DNA of 32,000 nucleotides from Pseudomonas aeruginosa (GTDB lineage Bacteria; Pseudomonadota; Gammaproteobacteria; Pseudomonadales; Pseudomonadaceae), in contig NZ_LN831024.1 of NCBI RefSeq assembly GCF_001457615.1, forward strand, positions 2,190,001-2,222,000, read 5' to 3'. This document shows, piece by piece, positions 7,741 through 16,409 of this stretch. Under the pieces are notes generated by a model that was not told the origin of the DNA, made no database searches, and saw only the letters and a list, made by a program, of their open reading frames with translations. The position numbers and the translations under genes are program-made. Every line of letters begins with the position of its first letter. Position 1 is the stretch's first letter.

Positions 7741-8880
7741 ATGTCGCCGATTTCAGTCGTTATCGCCGGTTACGCCCGTTCGCCGTTCCACTTCGCCAGG
7801 AAAGGCGCGCTGGTCGATATCCGCCCGGATGACCTGGCCGCCGCGGTGCTCAAGGGGCTGGTGGAGAAACTCGATCTCGACCCTGCGCTGCTGGAGGACG
7901 TGGTCATGGGCTGCGCCTATCCGGAGGCGGAACAGGGCATGAACATCGCGCGCATCGCCAGTTTCCGTGCCGGCTTCCCGCAGAGCCTCGGCGGTGCGAC
8001 CCTCAACCGTTTCTGCGGTTCGTCCATGAGCGCCGTCCACTACGCCGCCGGGCAAGTCCTGCTGGGCGCCGGAGAAGCCTTCATCGCCGCCGGGGTAGAG
8101 TCGATGACGCGGGTGCCGATGGGCGGCTTCAACCTGTCGCCCAATCCCGCGTTGCTGCAGGACTATCCGGCGGTATACATGAGCATGGGGCAGACCGCCG
8201 AGAATGTCGCCGAGCGCTACGCCGTCAGCCGCGTCGAGCAGGAAGAGATGGCCGTACGCTCCCACGCCAAGGCAGTCGCCGCGCGCGAGGCCGGCTTGCT
8301 GCGCGAGGAGATCGTCGCCATCGACACCCCCGCCGGCCGGGTCGCCGAGGATGGCTGCATCCGCCCGGGTACCAACCTGGAGAGCCTGGCCCAGTTGAAG
8401 CCGGCGTTCGGCGGCAGCGTCACCGCCGCCACCTCGTCGCCGCTCACCGATGGCAGCGCCGCGCTGCTGGTCTGTAGCGAGGACTTCGCGCGCCGCCACG
8501 GGCTGGCGATCCTGGCGCGGATCAAGGCGGTGGCGGTGGCCGGTTGTGCGCCGGAGATCATGGGCATGGGGCCGGTGCAGGCGACGCGCAAGGTTCTGCA
8601 ACGGGCCGGGCTGGGCATCGCCGACATCGACCTGGTGGAGATCAACGAGGCCTTCGCCAGCCAATCCATCGCCTGCATCCGCGAACTGGGGCTGGACATG
8701 GACAGGATCAACCTGGATGGCGGCGCCCTGGCCATCGGTCATCCGCTGGGCGCCACCGGCGCGCGGATCACCGGCAAGGCCGCTGCGTTGCTGCGGCGCA
8801 CCGGCGGGCGCTATGCCATCGCCACCCAGTGCATCGCCGGCGGCCAGGGCGTGGCGACCCTGCTGGAAGCGGTGGAGTGA
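7741..8880 (+). CDS. Acetyl-CoA C-acetyltransferase / 3-ketoacyl-CoA thiolase family
   Basis: ATG 7741 has GGAGA 8 nt upstream and gives 379 aa. Thiolase signatures are present: the nucleophile Cys in NRFCGSSMSAV, plus NEAFASQ, GHPLGATGAR and a C-terminal CIAGGQG. Confidence 0.9.
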   Translation: MSPISVVIAGYARSPFHFARKGALVDIRPDDLAAAVLKGLVEKLDLDPALLEDVVMGCAYPEAEQGMNIARIASFRAGFPQSLGGATLNRFCGSSMSAVHYAAGQVLLGAGEAFIAAGVESMTRVPMGGFNLSPNPALLQDYPAVYMSMGQTAENVAERYAVSRVEQEEMAVRSHAKAVAAREAGLLREEIVAIDTPAGRVAEDGCIRPGTNLESLAQLKPAFGGSVTAATSSPLTDGSAALLVCSEDFARRHGLAILARIKAVAVAGCAPEIMGMGPVQATRKVLQRAGLGIADIDLVEINEAFASQSIACIRELGLDMDRINLDGGALAIGHPLGATGARITGKAAALLRRTGGRYAIATQCIAGGQGVATLLEAVE

Positions 8881-8892
8881 TCGCGCGCCGAT

Positions 8893-8922
8893 GAAAAAAG
8901 GCCCGGTGGATGAGCCGGGCCT
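8893..8922 (-). terminator. Rho-independent terminator of the PaAP gene (minus strand)
   Basis: The minus strand reads AGGCCCGG-ctcatcca-CCGGGCCT followed by TTTTTT (complement of 8894-8899). It lies ~45 nt after the PaAP stop codon (8967-8969). Confidence 0.65.
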
Positions 8923-8932
8923 GGATGGGGAA

Positions 8933-8957
8933 CCTGCGCCGGCGGCCCGGCGCAGGG
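8933..8957. other. Second GC-rich hairpin between the convergent thiolase and PaAP genes
   Basis: CCTGCGCCG-gcggccc-CGGCGCAGG forms a perfect 9-bp stem. No U-tract follows on either strand. It may stabilise 3' ends or add to termination. Confidence 0.3.
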
Positions 8958-8966
8958 TAGTCGCGG

Positions 8967-10577
8967 TTACTTGATGAAGTCGTGACCCCAGCGTTCGATC
9001 TGGCTGGCGCTCTTCTGCATCTGCAGCGACCGCGATTGTACTTTCTGGCCGGCGGCGGCGATCTCGTCGTCGACCACCTTGGTCGACAGCGACAGCCAAC
9101 TGGTCACGAAGGCCATGGCGTCGCTGTGGATCTCCAGGGCGTCCTGGTTGATGTTGGCGATGCCGTCGCACTTGCTGTGGTAGCACTCGTCGTAGGCCTT
9201 GCCGGCGGTGCCGCCGTACTTCTGCGCCTGCTCTTCGGTCTTCAGGCCCTCGGCGCCGGTGAACAGGCCGCCGAAGGCGATGCCGCTGTTGAAGAACTCG
9301 GCGTAGTCGGAGCGGAAGTCGATCTCGGTGCCTTCCGATTGCTGGCCGCGCAGGCGGAAGTAGGCTTCGAACAGGCGCTCGATGGCGGCCGAGCCGGGCG
9401 GACCCTGGAGGCCGAAGTCGGAACCGTCGCCGTCATAGATGAAGTTGCCGAAGTTCGGCGAGCCGATCATGTCGAAGTTCAGGTAGGCCTTGATCTTCTT
9501 TTTCTCTTCCGGGGCGAGGTTCTGTACGTAGTGGGTCGAGCCCACCAGGCCGGCTTCCTCGGCGCCCCACCAGGCGAAGCGCACCTTGTTGACCGGCAGC
9601 GCCTTGGCCAGCAGCACGGCCATCTCCAGTTGGGCGGCGCTGCCCGAACCGTTGTCGTTGATACCGGGGCCTTCGAACACCGAGTCGAGGTGCGCGCCGA
9701 CCATCACCACGTTGTTCGGGTTGCCGCGACGGGTCTCGGCGACCACGTTGTAGGTCTCGGTCTTCTTGCGTACCACGTCGACCACCAGGTGCAACTGCAG
9801 GTCCGGGGTCTGCGACCAGGCCACGCCGTTGTCGTAGGTGGCGAAGATCACCGGGATGCCGCCCTCGTAGGACTCGCCCACGGTGACGTTCTCCAGGCCC
9901 TTGCGGTCGTCGGTGTTGCCCTGGTTGAAGATGATCACCCCGGCGGCGCCGGCGGCCGCGGCGTTCTCGGCCTTCTGCTCGAAGTTGCAGGTGCCGCGCT
10001 GGATCAGCGCGATCGAGCCGGCCGGGAAGTTGGCGAAGTCTTCCGCCTCGCAACCGCTGGTGGAGGTGTTGCCGGCGCCGAGGGACAGGTCCACCGGGAC
10101 CACCTTGGCGGTGACGTCGCCTGCCTCGGTCTGCGACAGGTAGGTGAAATCCTTCTCCCATTCGTAGGTGACCGGCTGCGGCACGGTGGCGCTCAGGCTA
10201 CCCGGGCCTTTCGGGTAGTAGGCGGTGAACGGGAAGGGCTGCACGCTGACCTTGTAGCCGGCTTTCTGCAGGGTCTGCTTCACGTAGTCGACGGAGGCCT
10301 GGTAGCCCGGCGTGGCGGCGGCGCGGTTGCCGTCGTTGAGACTGGCGATGTCCTCCAGCTTCTGCAGGCGCTTGACCACGTTGCTGGCTTGCAGGCAGCG
10401 CGGCAGGCCAAGCGGGGTGCTGACCAGCAACGGCGATTTGCAGATCGACGGGTTGGGTTTGCCGGGCGTCCAGAACTCGGTGAACTGTTGCGCTTCCGAA
10501 GGTGCCGCCAGGGATGCGGCGGAAACCGAGAGGGCGAGGGCGCCGAGTGCGTATCTGAGATTGTTCTTGTTGCTCAT
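8967..10577 (-). CDS. pepB: Secreted leucine aminopeptidase PaAP (PA domain + M28 Zn-peptidase)
   Basis: ATG 10577 follows a purine-rich AAGGAACGGAG and gives 536 aa. The 16 upstream codons of ORF 8967-10625 lack an SD. It has a Sec signal peptide MSNKNNLRYALGALALSVSAASLAAP. M28 motifs are HLDSV, DNGSGSA, WWGAEEAGLVGS and NFDMIGSPN. I recognise it as the P. aeruginosa PaAP/lap protein; the symbol pepB is from memory. Confidence 0.9.
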   Translation of the reverse strand: MSNKNNLRYALGALALSVSAASLAAPSEAQQFTEFWTPGKPNPSICKSPLLVSTPLGLPRCLQASNVVKRLQKLEDIASLNDGNRAAATPGYQASVDYVKQTLQKAGYKVSVQPFPFTAYYPKGPGSLSATVPQPVTYEWEKDFTYLSQTEAGDVTAKVVPVDLSLGAGNTSTSGCEAEDFANFPAGSIALIQRGTCNFEQKAENAAAAGAAGVIIFNQGNTDDRKGLENVTVGESYEGGIPVIFATYDNGVAWSQTPDLQLHLVVDVVRKKTETYNVVAETRRGNPNNVVMVGAHLDSVFEGPGINDNGSGSAAQLEMAVLLAKALPVNKVRFAWWGAEEAGLVGSTHYVQNLAPEEKKKIKAYLNFDMIGSPNFGNFIYDGDGSDFGLQGPPGSAAIERLFEAYFRLRGQQSEGTEIDFRSDYAEFFNSGIAFGGLFTGAEGLKTEEQAQKYGGTAGKAYDECYHSKCDGIANINQDALEIHSDAMAFVTSWLSLSTKVVDDEIAAAGQKVQSRSLQMQKSASQIERWGHDFIK

Positions 10578-11005
10578 GAGACTCCGTTCCTTGTGAGGCG
10601 ATGATCGATAAGCCGTTGATGGCATGGCGCTATTGCCCGAAATGCCGCCTCGGGCACGGCCTGACTGCCAGACTAGGAGCGCTTTCCGGGCTGTCCTGGC
10701 GTAATTCCTGAAATGTGAATTTCATCAACTTTTTGTGGAAGAATTGCTGATAGCTCGCTGGCGGGATGGAGGGCGGCTTTCTATCGTTAATGCCCTTCGG
10801 CGCGGGCCCATGGCCGTTGGTCGGGGCTGGGAGGATGGTGCAGCAGGAAGGAAACCGTCTGGCGCGCGGATAAGCGCGCGAGCGGAAGTGGCTGGCACCA
10901 GCGCTGTCACAGATTTGTCGGAAATTTTGTATACATTTGTCTGGATATTTTCGGATCGAATTGTCTACAGTGTGCGCACAACAATAAAAGCGAGAACAGC
11001 GCACC

Positions 11006-12535
11006 ATGAAAACGACGTCCTCCGGAACCCCACCCGTTCCACGGCCTGAAGACGAGAACCTCGGTGTCGGCGCCAACATGGCCTACGGCCTGCAACATGT
11101 GCTGACCATGTATGGCGGTATCGTCGCGGTCCCCCTGATCCTCGGCCAGGCCGCCGGCCTCGCGCCCGGCGACATCGGCCTGCTGATTGCCGCTTCGCTG
11201 TTCGCCGGCGGCCTGGCGACCCTGTTGCAAACCCTCGGCGTGCCGTTCTTCGGCTGTCAGTTGCCGTTGGTCCAGGGGGTGTCCTTCGCTGGCGTGGCGA
11301 CCATGGTGGCGATCATCGGCAGCGGTGGCAGCGGCGGCATTCCCGCAGTGCTCGGCGCGGTGATGGCGGCCTCTCTGATCGGGTTGCTGATCACGCCGAT
11401 CTTCTCGCGCATCACCAAATTCTTCCCGCCGCTGGTGACCGGCATCGTCATCACCACCATCGGCCTGACCCTGATGCCGGTCGCCGCGCGCTGGGCGATG
11501 GGCGGCAACAGCCACGCGCCGGACTTCGGCAGCATGGCCAACATCGGCCTGGCGGCGATCACCCTGGTCATCGTGCTGCTGCTGAGCAAGCTCGGCAGCG
11601 CCTCGATCTCGCGCCTGTCGATCCTCCTGGCGATGGTCATCGGCACCGTCATCGCGGTGTTCCTCGGCATGGCCGACTTCTCCAAGGTCACCGAAGGCCC
11701 GCTGGTGGCGTTTCCCACGCCGTTCCACTTCGGCATGCCGACCTTCCAGGTCGCCGCGATCATCTCGATGTGCATCGTGATCATGGTGACCCTGGTGGAA
11801 ACCTCGGCGGACATCCTCGCGGTAGGCGAGATCATCGACACCAAGGTCGACTCGCGGCGCCTGGGCAACGGCCTGCGCGCGGACATGTTCTCCAGCATGC
11901 TGGCGCCGATCTTCGGCTCCTTCACCCAGAGCGCCTTCGCCCAGAACGTCGGCCTGGTGGCGGTGACCGGGATCAAGAGCCGCTACGTGGTCGCCACCGG
12001 TGGGTTGTTCCTGGTGATCCTCGGCCTGCTGCCGGTGATGGGCCGGGTGATCGCCGCGGTGCCCACCGCCGTGCTCGGCGGCGCCGGCATCGTGTTGTTC
12101 GGCACGGTCGCCGCCAGCGGCATCCGCACCCTGTCGAAGGTGGACTACCGCAACAACATGAACCTGATCATCGTCGCCACTTCGATCGGCTTCGGTATGA
12201 TCCCGATCGCCGCGCCGACCTTCTACGATCACTTCCCCAGTTGGTTCGCCACCATCTTCCATTCCGGCATCAGTTCCTCGGCGATCATGGCGATCCTGCT
12301 CAACCTGGCGTTCAACCACTTCACCGCCGGCAACTCCGACCAGCAGTCGGTGTTCGTCGCCGCCAGCGAGCGGACCCTGCGCTACCAGGACATCGCCGCC
12401 CTGCACGAAGGCGACTATTTCCTCGACGGCAAGCTGTACGACGCCCAGGGCAACGAAGTGCCGCTGGCCGGCGACGACAGCCATGGCGCGCCGCCGCGAC
12501 GGCGCAGCGAAACCGCTGAAGCCGGCAGCGCCTGA
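11006..12535 (+). CDS. NCS2 family nucleobase (xanthine/uracil-type) permease
   Basis: ORF 11006-12535, 509 aa, polytopic membrane protein. It carries the NCS2 signature region FTQSAFAQNVGLVAVTGIKSR and the QGVSFAG motif. The specific substrate cannot be read from the sequence. Confidence 0.88.
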   Translation: MKTTSSGTPPVPRPEDENLGVGANMAYGLQHVLTMYGGIVAVPLILGQAAGLAPGDIGLLIAASLFAGGLATLLQTLGVPFFGCQLPLVQGVSFAGVATMVAIIGSGGSGGIPAVLGAVMAASLIGLLITPIFSRITKFFPPLVTGIVITTIGLTLMPVAARWAMGGNSHAPDFGSMANIGLAAITLVIVLLLSKLGSASISRLSILLAMVIGTVIAVFLGMADFSKVTEGPLVAFPTPFHFGMPTFQVAAIISMCIVIMVTLVETSADILAVGEIIDTKVDSRRLGNGLRADMFSSMLAPIFGSFTQSAFAQNVGLVAVTGIKSRYVVATGGLFLVILGLLPVMGRVIAAVPTAVLGGAGIVLFGTVAASGIRTLSKVDYRNNMNLIIVATSIGFGMIPIAAPTFYDHFPSWFATIFHSGISSSAIMAILLNLAFNHFTAGNSDQQSVFVAASERTLRYQDIAALHEGDYFLDGKLYDAQGNEVPLAGDDSHGAPPRRRSETAEAGSA

Positions 12536-12553
12536 GCCGCGCCGCGATGAACG

Positions 12554-12583
12554 ACGGCCCTCCTTGCGAGGGCCGTTTTCGTT
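12554..12583 (+). terminator. Rho-independent terminator after the permease gene
   Basis: ACGGCCCTC-cttgc-GAGGGCCGT forms a perfect 9-bp stem, followed by TTTCGTT. It lies 19 nt after stop 12533-12535, in the gap to the convergent small gene (stop 12591-12593). Confidence 0.7.
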
Positions 12584-12590
12584 GTGCGCT

Positions 12591-12839
12591 TCAGAACAGC
12601 GCCTTGCCGCGGTCCAGGCGCTGGTCCACCAGCCATTTGCCGTGGGCGATGGAGGCGCGCTGGGCGTTTTCCAGGTCGGCGAGGAAGGCGAAGCGCACGG
12701 GCAGGGCGATGCGCTTGCTGGTGTGGCCTTCGGGATCGGTGATGTGGCAGCCGCCGGCCCAGGGCGTGGGAATGCCCGGATGCTCGACGACGTCGGCGGT
12801 GATGGTGTAGCTGCGGTGCTGGCAGTGCAGGCTGGCCAT
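12591..12839 (-). CDS. Small hypothetical protein (82 aa), no recognisable family
   Basis: ATG 12839 has GAGGAG 6 nt upstream and GC3-rich codon usage. The 20 extra codons of ORF 12591-12899 have no SD. The sequence MASLHCQHRSYTITADVVEHPGIPTPWAGGCHITDPEG has no motif I can assign. Confidence 0.6.
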   Translation of the reverse strand: MASLHCQHRSYTITADVVEHPGIPTPWAGGCHITDPEGHTSKRIALPVRFAFLADLENAQRASIAHGKWLVDQRLDRGKALF

Positions 12840-12994
12840 GGCATGCTCCTCTCTGTCGGAGGCCGACCCGGCTACCTGCGCGACGCCTGTGGTTGCCACG
12901 GAGGAGCCTCGGGGCGGCGAGGTTTTCCCTGCGTGTCCCTACCTCTATAGCAGATCGTCGCCGAGCCGCCGCGAGAGCCGACGAAGGGCCCCGC

Positions 12995-13576
12995 TCAGCG
13001 GCGCTGGCGACGGCCGAGCATGCGCTCCAGGGTGCCGTCGCGGCGGACCCACTGGTGGTAGCCGGCGGCGAGCGCATGGAGCAGCACCACCGAGGTGCTC
13101 AGCCACAGGCCGACCACGCGGTGAACGGCGTCGAAGGGCTTCTCGAACGCCTCCCAGCTCAGGTTCCAGGTTTGCGAAATCCAGGCGAACAGCGCGGTGT
13201 CCTTGAAGCTGGGTACCACGAACAGGCCGAAGTCGGTGGGCAGGCGGGTGCCGACGTAGCCGGTGAGCGGCATCACCAGCATCAAGGCATACAGCGACAG
13301 GTGCGCGTAGTGCGCCAGGCGGTGCTCCAGCGGCGTGCCGGGGACCGCTGGCAGGCGCGGCCCGCGCAGCCGCGAGACGATCCGAGGGACCAGCAGCAGG
13401 CCGACCAGCAGGCCCAGCACCCAGTGCAGGTTGAGTACCGGCAGGCGCTGCGGGTGGTCGTGGCCGAGCACCCAGATGACGAAATAGGCCAGCACGATCG
13501 CGCCGATGAAACAGAACGCCATGCTCCAGTGCAGCAGGCGGGTGGACAGGCTGTAGACGGTCGCTGGATGCGTCAC
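12995..13576 (-). CDS. Cytochrome b561 family protein (CybB-like, di-haem membrane protein)
   Basis: GTG start at 13576 with GAGG ~9 nt upstream, 193 aa. It has four hydrophobic helices with conserved His residues (LLHWSMA, HWVLGLL, HYAHLSLYALM, LLHALAAGYH), typical of the bacterial cytochrome b561 family. Confidence 0.85.
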   Translation of the reverse strand: MTHPATVYSLSTRLLHWSMAFCFIGAIVLAYFVIWVLGHDHPQRLPVLNLHWVLGLLVGLLLVPRIVSRLRGPRLPAVPGTPLEHRLAHYAHLSLYALMLVMPLTGYVGTRLPTDFGLFVVPSFKDTALFAWISQTWNLSWEAFEKPFDAVHRVVGLWLSTSVVLLHALAAGYHQWVRRDGTLERMLGRRQRR

Positions 13577-13920
13577 GGGAATGCCTCGCAGAGAGTGAAG
13601 GCGTGCAATCTATGAAACGTCCGGAGAGCGATCAAACGTATTTATGGATAATCGATAACGGAAAACTTAATCGAAACTTTCAAATGTGACGTTATTGCAC
13701 CGAAACAGTGCTGCGAGTCGCTTTTTTCCGAAACGGAAGCTACTTGGCGGAATAATTCCGGGTCGGGATCATTGTAAGTTGGTTTTTCCTTCGCCCCGGC
13801 GCTCGCGCCACGCCGGCAGAGCCTGGGGCGGGGCGCGGCTGACCCCCAAGCATTATCGGGAAATATATTCCGTTGTCTTTCCGCTGACGTTTTGCCGACA
13901 GCAAGCTGACACAGATGTAA

Positions 13921-13948
13921 TTGAACTCGATCGCTTCGTTTCTATAGT
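13921..13948 (+). promoter_or_regulatory. Strong sigma70-like promoter TTGAAC-N16-TATAGT
   Basis: TTGAAC is at 13921-13926 and TATAGT at 13943-13948. It lies inside the AT-rich island, ~85 nt upstream of the 43-aa ORF. Confidence 0.45.
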
Positions 13949-14033
13949 CTTCGAACACTTCGCCGTGCACTTTCAAGGACGGCAAGTGCATATCCTGCGT
14001 CTTTTCCGCCATGACGATTCTCGAGGTGAGAGC

Positions 14034-14165
14034 ATGAGTAGTGAGCACGATGGCAAGGACCAGGACGACCTGTTCTCCCCGTTGCCTTACCTGCTGGTTT
14101 CCGGCGCTGTCGTGCTCATGACCCTGCTGCTGCGCTGCCTGTTCTGCCCGGGCGAGCAGTTCTGA
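14034..14165 (+). CDS. Small membrane peptide (43 aa): acidic N-terminus plus one transmembrane helix
   Basis: ATG 14034 is preceded by GAGGTGAG with 3 nt to the ATG. Codons are GC3-rich (CTG, GAC, TTC, GGC). The sequence is MSSEHDGKDQDDLFSPLPYLLVSGAVVLMTLLLRCLFCPGEQF. It forms the 3' end of track ORF 13686-14165, whose upstream part is AT-rich and non-coding in character. Confidence 0.45.
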   Translation: MSSEHDGKDQDDLFSPLPYLLVSGAVVLMTLLLRCLFCPGEQF

Positions 14166-14184
14166 TCGCCCGGACCGGGACGAC

Positions 14185-15165
<981 letters not shown>

Positions 15166-16395
15166 TCAGTGAGGGATTTGGCCGCCGAGGGACGGCTCGG
15201 TGGCAGCTTGGCGTGGCGCCAGCATCAGCAGCAGGGCCACGGCCATCGCCGCCAGGCAGACCAGCGCGCCGACCTCGCCGAGCGGCGCCAGGCCGCTGCC
15301 GTCGATCACCCGGCTGCCGGCGAGGGCGCCGATGCCGATCCCGGCGTTGCAGGCGGAGATGTTCAGCGAGGCGGCGAACGCTGGGGCCCGCGGCGCGGAC
15401 TTCATCACCCGCACCTGGCCGACGATGAACAGTGCTGCCTGGGCCACGCCCCAGGTCGCCAGGGTGGCGGCGAGCAGCCAGGCGTTGCCGAGGGTCGGCA
15501 CCAGGGCGAGCATGCCCAGCGCCATCAGCAGGACGAACAGCAGGGTTGCGCCCAGTGGGCTGCGATCCACCAGGCGCCCGCCGAGCCAGTTGCCGAGCAG
15601 GCCTACCGCGCCGAAGCCCATCAGCGTCCAGCCGACCAGCGAACCGCTGAAGCCGGCCAGGCGCTGGAGGATGTCGGCCAGGTAGGTGTAGGGGGTGAAC
15701 ATGCCGGTGAAGACCAGCAGCGACAGCAACAGGTGGCCGAGCACCAGCGGTTGGCGCAACACGCTCGCCTGGCTGCGCAGCGAGACGCCCGGCCGTCCGG
15801 GAATGCGCGGCAGCCAGGCGGCCAGCAGCAGCGCCTTGGCCAGGGCCAGCGCGGCGAGTGCGGCGAATGCCAGGCGCCAACCCCAGGCGTCGGCGATCAG
15901 CGTGCCGATGGGAATGCCAAGCACGGTGGCGGCGACGATGCCGAAGAACACCAGCGCCACGGCGCGCCCTTCGCGCGAGGGGCCGGCCAGGTGCGCGGCG
16001 GTTTCGCTGGCCATGGCCCAGAACACCGGGAGCGCCAGGGCCGGGACGAAGCGCGCCACGGCCATCGTCCAGATATCGCCGGCCACGGCGGCCAGCGCAT
16101 TGGCCGCGGCGAACAGCAGCAGGCAGGCGACGAACAGCCGCTTGCGTTCGACGCCCGCCAGCGCGGCGGTGAGGAACGGACCGAAGGCGGCGACGCTGAA
16201 GGCGAACAGGCTGACCAGCAGGCCGGCCTGGGCGACGCTGACCTGGAGGTCTGCGGCAAGCGCCGGGAGCAGGCCGACGATGACGAACTCGGTGGTCAGG
16301 ATGGTGAAGCCGGCGGCGGCCAGCAGGAGGATCGGCAATAGCACGGCAAGACTCCTCCGCGAGCGCAGCCGTGGCCGCGCCCGGGAACGATGCAT
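15166..16395 (-). CDS. MFS transporter of the cif operon (start uncertain: ATG 16395 or GTG 16344)
   Basis: This is the C-terminal 409 codons of ORF 15166-16707. It is a 12-helix MFS-like hydrophobic protein. ATG 16395 lies 14 nt after the morB stop and has no SD. The in-frame GTG 16344 has GGAGGA 8 nt upstream and would give 392 aa. The region of the ORF upstream of 16395 overlaps morB and is Arg/Pro-rich shadow. Confidence 0.85.
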   Translation of the reverse strand: MHRSRARPRLRSRRSLAVLLPILLLAAAGFTILTTEFVIVGLLPALAADLQVSVAQAGLLVSLFAFSVAAFGPFLTAALAGVERKRLFVACLLLFAAANALAAVAGDIWTMAVARFVPALALPVFWAMASETAAHLAGPSREGRAVALVFFGIVAATVLGIPIGTLIADAWGWRLAFAALAALALAKALLLAAWLPRIPGRPGVSLRSQASVLRQPLVLGHLLLSLLVFTGMFTPYTYLADILQRLAGFSGSLVGWTLMGFGAVGLLGNWLGGRLVDRSPLGATLLFVLLMALGMLALVPTLGNAWLLAATLATWGVAQAALFIVGQVRVMKSAPRAPAFAASLNISACNAGIGIGALAGSRVIDGSGLAPLGEVGALVCLAAMAVALLLMLAPRQAATEPSLGGQIPH

Positions 16396-16409
16396 GGGAG
16401 GGAAGGGAA

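Noticed and set aside
10661-10676. las/rhl-box-like CT-N12-AG element (CTGACTGCCAGACTAG) ~85 nt upstream of the PaAP start
   Set aside because: Only the terminal CT/AG and the spacing fit. The two halves show almost no dyad symmetry (2 of 8 positions). Such a pattern is expected by chance. It needs PWM scoring or LasR/RhlR ChIP data.
13647-13659. Fur-box-like GATAATCGATAAC upstream of the cytochrome b561 gene
   Set aside because: Alignment to the 19-bp Fur consensus GATAATGATAATCATTATC gives only about 9 of 19 matches, because of a 1-nt insertion between the hexamers. In an AT-rich tract this is not significant.
13740-14048. 102-aa minus-strand ORF (and the 159-aa plus-strand ORF 13686-14165) inside the AT-rich island
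   Set aside because: The minus ORF has no SD at either Met and uses rare codons (AGA, ATA). It runs through the GC-rich block as a Pro/Ala/Gly/Arg shadow. Only the last 43 codons of the plus ORF have an SD and native codon usage.
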